A stretch of DNA of 64,000 bases, from IMG/VR virus record IMGVR_UViG_3300020413_000006, positions 1 to 64,000 of that record. One strand, 5' to 3'. Below are positions 1-7,400 of this stretch, piece by piece. Source of the stretch: a virus. Below the pieces are notes generated by a model. The model worked only from the letters and a program-made list of their open reading frames with translations, was not told where the DNA came from and made no database searches. Each line of letters begins with the position of its first letter. Positions within the stretch are counted from its first letter, which is position 1. A program made the position numbers and the translations under genes.

Positions 1-584
1 TTCATTCTAGCACAGAAACTTGCTCTTCGCTTATTACCTTTCTTCTTGCTTGGTGCTTTTAAGTCAGAACCAGGATTATCTCTTTCGTAAGACTTTCTCC
101 CCTTCTCATTTAAACCACCTTCTTTATTTTTTCCTGCTTTCTTTGTCCATGCTGCACCCTCACTTACCTGATCTTGTGGAAAGTTAGGAACATCCGTTGC
201 GTGTTGAACTGACTTTTCTTTCTTCTTTATCTTTTTACCTTCGTCCACACTATGTTTCTTACCTTTCATCAATGTACCATCTGGCATTACGTGATGACCA
301 GCTGGTATTGGTTTACATTTCTGACAATCGTTACAGTAATATTCTCCCTCACCACATTTCTCTTTACCCTCTTTCACCATGATGACAGCATCATCTGTAG
401 CATCTGACTCGTGGTATGCTAAAACTCTACTGCCAGGATACATACCATCTACAATTTTTTGTGCTTGAGGTCTTTGCATTTTTGAAAGACTTGCTCTATA
501 CACTGGAACAGTAAACTGCTTACCTCTCCATACTAGAGAGATAACATAGTATCTTCCGTACATTGTTGGTATGCGTGTTGCCAT
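1..584 (-). CDS. Partial (runs off window) conserved cyanophage protein with Cys/His/Met cluster and basic C-terminal domain (DUF6321-like, from memory)
   Basis: Not in ORF track. ATG at 584 overlaps the stop of the upstream ORF (TAATG). Open frame to position 1: MATRIPTMYGRYYVISLVWRGKQF...KCGEGEYYCNDCQKCKPIPAGHHVMPDGTLMKG...AAWTKKAGKNKEGGLNEKGRKSYERDNPGSDLKAP...RRASFCARM. Confidence 0.8.
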   Translation of the reverse strand, partial: MATRIPTMYGRYYVISLVWRGKQFTVPVYRASLSKMQRPQAQKIVDGMYPGSRVLAYHESDATDDAVIMVKEGKEKCGEGEYYCNDCQKCKPIPAGHHVMPDGTLMKGKKHSVDEGKKIKKKEKSVQHATDVPNFPQDQVSEGAAWTKKAGKNKEGGLNEKGRKSYERDNPGSDLKAPSKKKGNKRRASFCARM

Positions 585-841
585 TATTTTGAGAATGCTA
601 TTTTTGCTACCTTAACTGAACTACCGTTAGATGCTACAGACAGTGTATCTGTTGCAACTTTTTCAAATACTTCTACTGCACCATTTAGAACTGTCATACT
701 ACCAATGGTTGTACCACCAGAGTTCTTCCTTGTAACTACTAACGCAGCACTATGTCCATTATATAAACGAACAAGAGTTGCATTACCGACATTAGATGCA
801 GAGGATAGATCCGCTTCAGCTGCTAATAATTTGATTACCAT
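584..841 (-). CDS. Hypothetical 85-aa beta-rich protein, possibly virion-associated
   Basis: ORF with AAGGAAG Shine-Dalgarno-like sequence and late-promoter motif upstream; translationally coupled to next gene. Confidence 0.75.
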   Translation of the reverse strand: MVIKLLAAEADLSSASNVGNATLVRLYNGHSAALVVTRKNSGGTTIGSMTVLNGAVEVFEKVATDTLSVASNGSSVKVAKIAFSK

Positions 842-864
842 GATAGAATACTTCCTTTACTTTG

Positions 865-1299
865 TTATTTATCTTTCTTCTTACTTGCTTCTTTGAGCAT
901 TTTCTGAAGATCAGCAGTACTGCCAACAAATAACGAATTGTTAGTTACTACTTTTTTAGGTCCTTCGTCTTTGATAGCTTTCTTATCTTTCTGAAGTGCC
1001 ATTAATTTATCAGCGACATCACCTACATGTTTGATTAGTTGTCCTGCAACTTCATAAGCACGTGGATGATCAGATGACATAGCAAGGTCAAGAGCACCAT
1101 TGACTGCTTCTTGTCCTTTGTCAATTAAAGAGTACAAGTTCCCTCTTGCATAATCATAGTCTTTATCAACATCTTCACCTTTTGATAAGTGAAGTTTGTT
1201 TTTATCAGAGACTACTTTTGGTGTAGTTGCTCCTTCCATAGTATCAAATACTTGGTCAAGACCTGATGTATCTTTATTGATTGGGTTTGGGTTATTCAT
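865..1299 (-). CDS. g16: Terminase small subunit (T4 gp16-like)
   Basis: DYDYARGNLYSLIDKGQEAVNGALDLAMSSDHPRAYEVAGQLIK...FVGSTADLQKML motifs; directly after g15. Start placed at ATG 1299 (overlaps g15 stop) rather than 1335. Confidence 0.92.
   Translation of the reverse strand: MNNPNPINKDTSGLDQVFDTMEGATTPKVVSDKNKLHLSKGEDVDKDYDYARGNLYSLIDKGQEAVNGALDLAMSSDHPRAYEVAGQLIKHVGDVADKLMALQKDKKAIKDEGPKKVVTNNSLFVGSTADLQKMLKEASKKKDK
866..873 (-). promoter_or_regulatory. T4-type late promoter variant (GATAAATA)
   Basis: Matches NATAAATA, overlapping the gp16 stop and ~25 nt upstream of the next ATG. Confidence 0.55.
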
Positions 1300-2293
1300 A
1301 ATAAGAAGTTGTTTCACCGAATCCGAAGTCATCACCAGCAGTTAGTAATGCATCATCTGCAGCAGAGATTACATCAACAGGTGTTGCTGCATTTGCAGAT
1401 CCTGCTTTTGTTCCGTTCTGTGCACGACGTACATTTAACTTATCAGGTGAAGTCTTACTCTTCACATACATGACTTCGTTTCCTATCTCAATGTATGACT
1501 GAGTAGGAATATTACTGTAGTCAAGAACTTGTATAACAAGGTTTCTTGTATTGATAGCACTAACCAATTCAGTGGTACCATCTTGATCCTTGTCTGTTTT
1601 TGCTTTAGGTACAACCTGATATGAAACTTGCCTTGTAGCAGAAAGATCTGTAGTTGTATAAGTATCCACTTTTGCTTTCTTGATAGGTCCTTGAGTTCCT
1701 ACAGGTCCGAAGATGTATGACTTACAAGTAAAATTCATTGTAATCAAAGTAATTTTCTTGTCATCAAATGAACCTTCATAGTCATCACTATAGTTTACAC
1801 TATTGAGTATGATAGGAATGTCTCTGAAGTCACTCATATCATCAACTAATCTGATAGTCATTTGATATGACGGTTGGAATAATGGTAGTATTTGTTCTGT
1901 TATTTCTAACGCTTCATCATTTGTTTTTGATATTACATTTAATTCAAAATCAATATTATATGGTACGGGAGTAAATTGTTTCTTTACTGTATCCTTATCA
2001 CTAGATTTTAAAGTAAGTGTAGTGGGAGCAAGTTTTCTAGCAGCATCATATGATATCCCTGTCATTTCAAAAGACAAACGGGGAACTGTGATCGCAACCT
2101 TTTGGTTTAGATCTGCTTGTTGTTCTAGTCTTGCTAAAAATTTCTGTCGAGGACCGTACGCTAGTGGTACTTTCATCCTACTGTATATTGAACCGTCTGC
2201 GTTTTCTTTACGACATTCTATGTTATTAAAAAGAGTACCGAATCCAATAACGCACTTTCTAATAATTTTATTGTATGTGTATGCACCTAACAT
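1292..2293 (-). CDS. g15: Tail sheath stabilizer / tail terminator (T4 gp15-like) with C-terminal beta-domain insertion
   Basis: IIRKCVIGFGTLFNNI, KVPLAYGPRQKFLARL, PRLSFEMTGISYDAARK, PVPYNIDFEL, EQILPLFQP motifs; synteny g13-g14-g15-g16. Confidence 0.95.
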   Translation of the reverse strand: MLGAYTYNKIIRKCVIGFGTLFNNIECRKENADGSIYSRMKVPLAYGPRQKFLARLEQQADLNQKVAITVPRLSFEMTGISYDAARKLAPTTLTLKSSDKDTVKKQFTPVPYNIDFELNVISKTNDEALEITEQILPLFQPSYQMTIRLVDDMSDFRDIPIILNSVNYSDDYEGSFDDKKITLITMNFTCKSYIFGPVGTQGPIKKAKVDTYTTTDLSATRQVSYQVVPKAKTDKDQDGTTELVSAINTRNLVIQVLDYSNIPTQSYIEIGNEVMYVKSKTSPDKLNVRRAQNGTKAGSANAATPVDVISAADDALLTAGDDFGFGETTSYYE

Positions 2294-2294
2294 G

Positions 2295-3632
2295 TTATAA
2301 GTTTCCTGCTATTCCAAATGGGTTTCCTTCACTAAAGTCCATAATGTCATCACCTAGAGATTCAAAAGTTACACTCTCTGAGTATTTAGGATCAGCGGTT
2401 GCCTGTTCATTTCTATTATCTAGAATCATAGTAGCACCCGAAGTATCACCTACCATGGATTCTCCTATAACAAATGAACCAGTTGGGGACTTAAGTTTGA
2501 CCCAACCTTCCTGAGCATCCCACTCAACTAGTTGAGCAGTTGCTGCAGATGTAGCACCAGTGACTTGTTCTGGTACTGCGAATGTACCAGTTAGACCAGA
2601 AGGTGCAGCAGTAAATGCAACAGTTGCACTTGTGTAACCACTACCACCGTTAGTTATATCTATGAGTTTTACACTCTTGTAACCAGATCCACCTGATAAA
2701 ATGTTAATTGAAGTTAATACTCCATTAGTAAATGTGGGGACTAAAGTTGCATTAACTCCACCAGTATCAGGTGCTGTTACATTTATAGAAACTCTGTCCT
2801 CATCATAGTCTGCACCTCCGCTTACTATGTTAACAGATCTTATCTGTCCTTCTTTTACAACTCCTCTAATCACAGCAGATGCAGTTGGTGAACCACCACT
2901 AAGAGTTATATTAACTAAGAATGCTTCTGCAGTTGCACCCGTGCCATCTCCTGTGATAGTTATTAGAGGTGTTTCATTATAACTGCTACCATTATCAGTA
3001 ATAAAGATATTACTCAATGCACCACCATCTAGTACAGAAGTGCCTGTTGCTGTGATACCAGCAGTTGTGAGATAGTAATGCTTAACAGTGTAACCGTAAT
3101 CAACAATCTCATCATCTCCAGCAAATACATCGCCTTGCTCGTCGCTGTATTCAAATAATTCTGCTCTAAGTTTGTAGACATATCCTTTACCTAATTGATA
3201 GAATGGTTCTTCATGCTCTACGAATTTAATTTCAAAGTAGTTAGCAGTAAGTGGTAAGTATATTAGATCACCTTCTTGTGGTCTTTCTGGAGCTTTATAA
3301 TCTTTGTCTAGTAAAAGAAATTGTGATATAAGATCTGTAAATCTTTGAGATGAAACGACCATAGTTATTTCATCAGTTTGTGCTACACCAAACTTTGTAA
3401 GTAAATCTCCACCACCTTGGAAACCATCAAAGTTTTCCATATATGCTTCTATAATATATGAGTCATTAAATTGACCTATGACCTCTTCATTAAATACACC
3501 ATCAGTTAACATTATTTCTCTAGGGCAATAGAGAATATCCATACCAAACATCTTAATGAATTCCTCAGTAAGATTTTGCTGTAAGAACTGTTCGTTCCTA
3601 GTACCATTTGTGAAGTAGGTGTTTCTTGCCAT
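2295..3632 (-). CDS. g14: Neck protein (T4 gp14-like) with inserted GSGY-repeat region
   Basis: GMDILYCPRE, IEAYMENFDGFQGGGDLLTKFGV, RPQEGDLIYLP, FEIKFVEHEEPFYQLGK, C-terminal DFSEGNPFG. Confidence 0.95.
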   Translation of the reverse strand: MARNTYFTNGTRNEQFLQQNLTEEFIKMFGMDILYCPREIMLTDGVFNEEVIGQFNDSYIIEAYMENFDGFQGGGDLLTKFGVAQTDEITMVVSSQRFTDLISQFLLLDKDYKAPERPQEGDLIYLPLTANYFEIKFVEHEEPFYQLGKGYVYKLRAELFEYSDEQGDVFAGDDEIVDYGYTVKHYYLTTAGITATGTSVLDGGALSNIFITDNGSSYNETPLITITGDGTGATAEAFLVNITLSGGSPTASAVIRGVVKEGQIRSVNIVSGGADYDEDRVSINVTAPDTGGVNATLVPTFTNGVLTSINILSGGSGYKSVKLIDITNGGSGYTSATVAFTAAPSGLTGTFAVPEQVTGATSAATAQLVEWDAQEGWVKLKSPTGSFVIGESMVGDTSGATMILDNRNEQATADPKYSESVTFESLGDDIMDFSEGNPFGIAGNL

Positions 3633-4447
3633 TATCCTATCATGTCTAGAGGTGGCATTTCATACTGTGTAAGCATTTCAGTCTCTAACTTTGCTACCTT
3701 TTCTTTACCCTCGTTGTATATAAACTCACCATTCATTGTAATTCCACCTGGCAACTGTGCTCCTTGAAACTTTATTAAGTTAGTACCCCACTGCCTTTGA
3801 ATCAATGCAGTCACATATCTCTTTAACCATACGTCATTATAAACATCCTCAAATTGTGTAGGATCAACTGCACGATAACATTCGAGAACTAAGAACTGAT
3901 CTGCAGGAACATCAGTCTTAAAATCTAAATCAAGATATAATCTATCACCACGTCTTTGAAATCTAATCTGTTTCTGTCCCTCTAACAGATAGTAGATATC
4001 TTCTAATCTTCTATTGACCATTTCATATGTAAGAATCTCTGTCTGTGTAAGATCCCAAAGGTCATTCAATCTCCACTGATATCTAACATCAAATAAGTTT
4101 GTGACATTCTTAGATACAAAATCAAAACACTTAATAACAGATGTCACGTATGGTGGCATCTTGATGTAGTTGTTCTGCTCTTTGAATGTGACAGTCTGAC
4201 CAGATGATGTTCCAGAACTTACAGTGGTATCAGTATCTGTTGTCATATCATCCAACATCAACTGACTGTACTGTACTTTTAAATGGGTTCTGATGTAACC
4301 ATCCATATGTCTTTCATTAAAAAACTGGATAGCATCATCCACGAGGTCATTGATTTGATCATCCTCTATGTTTATTTCTAGGACTGGTGCACCGTTTTGA
4401 CGCAATGCATAATCTATAAGTCCTTGTCTGGTTGATGGGGAAGCCAT
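3632..4447 (-). CDS. g13: Neck protein (T4 gp13-like)
   Basis: LIDYALRQNGAPVLEINIEDDQI...WLKRYVTALIQRQWGTNLIKFQGAQLPGGITMNG motifs. Confidence 0.95.
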   Translation of the reverse strand: MASPSTRQGLIDYALRQNGAPVLEINIEDDQINDLVDDAIQFFNERHMDGYIRTHLKVQYSQLMLDDMTTDTDTTVSSGTSSGQTVTFKEQNNYIKMPPYVTSVIKCFDFVSKNVTNLFDVRYQWRLNDLWDLTQTEILTYEMVNRRLEDIYYLLEGQKQIRFQRRGDRLYLDLDFKTDVPADQFLVLECYRAVDPTQFEDVYNDVWLKRYVTALIQRQWGTNLIKFQGAQLPGGITMNGEFIYNEGKEKVAKLETEMLTQYEMPPLDMIG

Positions 4448-4448
4448 G

Positions 4449-7400
4449 TTAGGTAGGATTGATGTTGAATCTAATTCTTACATAGTATGTAGTATTAGCA
4501 CTTAAGTTTACTGCACCAGGTAAGGTATAAGATAGTAAGTTTGTTGAGTTACCAAGAGATTGGTGAACGATAGTTGCAAAGGTATTTGCAGGAGAAAATT
4601 GCCAATCACTAGATGAATGTGTGTAACCAGTCTTCATCTGTATACTAGCAACATTTATTGTTGGGTTGAATGCTGGTGTAATAGTTTGTATATCTGGTTG
4701 ATCAACTAATGGAGTTGTAAAGTTTACTGCTGATGAGAATGCACTCTCAAGACCAGCGTTATCTCTAAATTTAACCTGTACAGAGTATGCGGTATCAAAG
4801 TCTAGAGTTCCAGATGGAACAGTGATAGATGTTTTATTACCAGTATCACCACTAGCAAATGTGTCTGCTGTGTTATACACAGTGACGTTATCACTAACTC
4901 TTCTTATTCTCCAGAAACTAGAGAAGTGAACTGATCCAGAATACTCTACAACATATGCTGATGTATTGATTACAGGTTGTCTAGAGAATGTTTTACTGGT
5001 ATCAGTATCAATAACAGGAGTGATGGAACTAGGTGCAGATACGAACTCAGACTCATTAACAGTGAGTGTTGCTGCATTCGATGTAACTGTTGTAGCATTT
5101 GGATTACTTAATATACAACGGAATTGTTCTGAGGGGTTTGTTGGATAAACTGTAGCGGGAGTTGTATACGTTGCTGTGTTAGCACCATTTATATTACTCC
5201 AAGTTGCTGCATTATCAACAGACTTCTGCCACTGATATGTAATAACATCACTTGTTATTGATGCAACTATGTTAAGTGTTGCAGTCTGTCCTTCAATAAC
5301 ACCAACGTTTTGTGGTTGTGTGCCGATTGATATGACACGTAAGATTGTTAGTAAAGCAAATGTAGATGTGATAGGAGCAGATGAACCTACAAGAGATACA
5401 GTACATGTATAACGGTCATTGTTGTCTGCAGCAAACGTGGTTGTTGGAGTTGTATACGATGCACTCGTTGCTCCTGCTACCTGAGTATAATTGTTTCCAC
5501 CATCATCAGATCTATTCCACTGGTATGTTGGAGTTCCACTACTAGATGTGCTTGATACTGAGAATGTTCCAGTACCACCTTCGTTAACAGTTGTGTTAGA
5601 TGGTTGTGCAGTAATAGAAAATGTTCTTACAACTGTAAGATCAACATCATTAGTATATGCCGAAGCAGATGCTCCAACAGCATCTATCTTACAACGATAT
5701 GAGTCTTGATGATCTGCAGCGTATGTAGTTGCAGCAGTTGTATATGATGCAGAAGTTGCTCCCGCAACTGTATTCCAAGTTGAATCAGCTGTATTCAAAG
5801 CATTACCTTGACCTGTATGGAAATGACACCAGTAATAAATGGTGCCAGTCGCACTGCTAGGTATATTCCATATTACTTGACGAGTAGTAGCAGCGACAAA
5901 TCCACTAACATAATTTGCCATAGTTACAGTAACGCCATCCAACTTATAGGTAACACCTGTATTGTAATGAGTTCCACCAGCTAACTCTCCATCTAAAGTT
6001 GTACTGAGCATCAATGGATGATGTTGATTATTGTAATTAGCATTAGAAGAATCTGACTGATCAAAAGTAAAAGTGTGTCCCCTATATGCACTAAGGGCAG
6101 GTTTTTCTAAACCAAATAAGTAAAATACACCTGTTGCTTGACCACCTACTGTGTCAACTCCAACTGTAACGTTAATAACTTTATTACCATGATTAGATTG
6201 CTCCCACTGATATGTGACACTAGGACTATGTGATGACTGTCCAGCAGCACCACCTCCACCACCACTAGGAGTATCAAATTGTTCTGTCTCGAATGATGAT
6301 GAAGCTGCGTTACCACCAACAGGTGCCATGGTAACATCACCGAGTGTACTGAATGTTGCAGTGGAACCTTCATTTACTGAAGCACTGTTTGGTTGAGTTG
6401 ATACAACCACAGTTACAGTTTCTACTTGTAATGTAGCAACGTTAGACGGTATAGTTGTTGCACCATTTGCTGATAATAAACAACGGTATTGATAAGAATC
6501 GTATGCTGTAGTTAATGTAGGAGTTGTATAAGTTACTGTTGTACCACCACTTCCCTCAGATACATTAGACCATGAAGCACCAGAGGTTATTGATACTTGC
6601 CACTGGTATGTAATGTCTCCTGCATCATTATCAGATGTAGTTGCAGCAACACCAAATGATGATGTACCACCAACTGCACCAGTTATATTAACTGGTTGAG
6701 ATGTTACATTGATTGTTCTTTGTACTAAGTTTCTTGCAGGATTAGTGAATACTTCAGCAGCACCAGCAACGTTTAATTTACATCTATAGTAGTCACCGTA
6801 GTCATTGTCGTATGATGTACTACCTGTAGTATATGTTGTACTATTAGCACCACCTATATCAGCGTATGTTGTGCCATCTCCATTCTGTGATATCTGCCAT
6901 TGATATATAACAGTTGCAGCATCTTTTGTACTAGCAGCAGTGGTAAATGATCCAGCTGCGGGTGCCATTGGTTGAGAATTACTTGGTTGTGTGTCTACAG
7001 TAATTACACGAGTTACAGTAAGTGTTGCAGCAGTAGTTGTGCCTGGTGCAATAGATGTTGATGAAGACATCTTACATCTGTACTGATAAGTGTTGAGTGA
7101 GTATTGATCATCAACACTTAATGTTGACAATGTTGCACCACTATAGAAACCACCGTTAGTTACGTTAGACCAACCAGCACCACCATTACTTGAGTATTCC
7201 CACTGGTATAAGATAGTAGAACCATCAGAACTTGTAGCAGCAACAGGACCAAAGGTAGCATTGACATTTGCCCCAGCTTCTATTGTTGTAGATACAGGGT
7301 TTCCTGTAACAGTTATTAGAACACCAGTTCCTGTTGTAGTGAATGAGTATGCACGAGCATTTTGAGTTACGTTTTCAGTAACAGTAAAGTTGAAAGTAGT

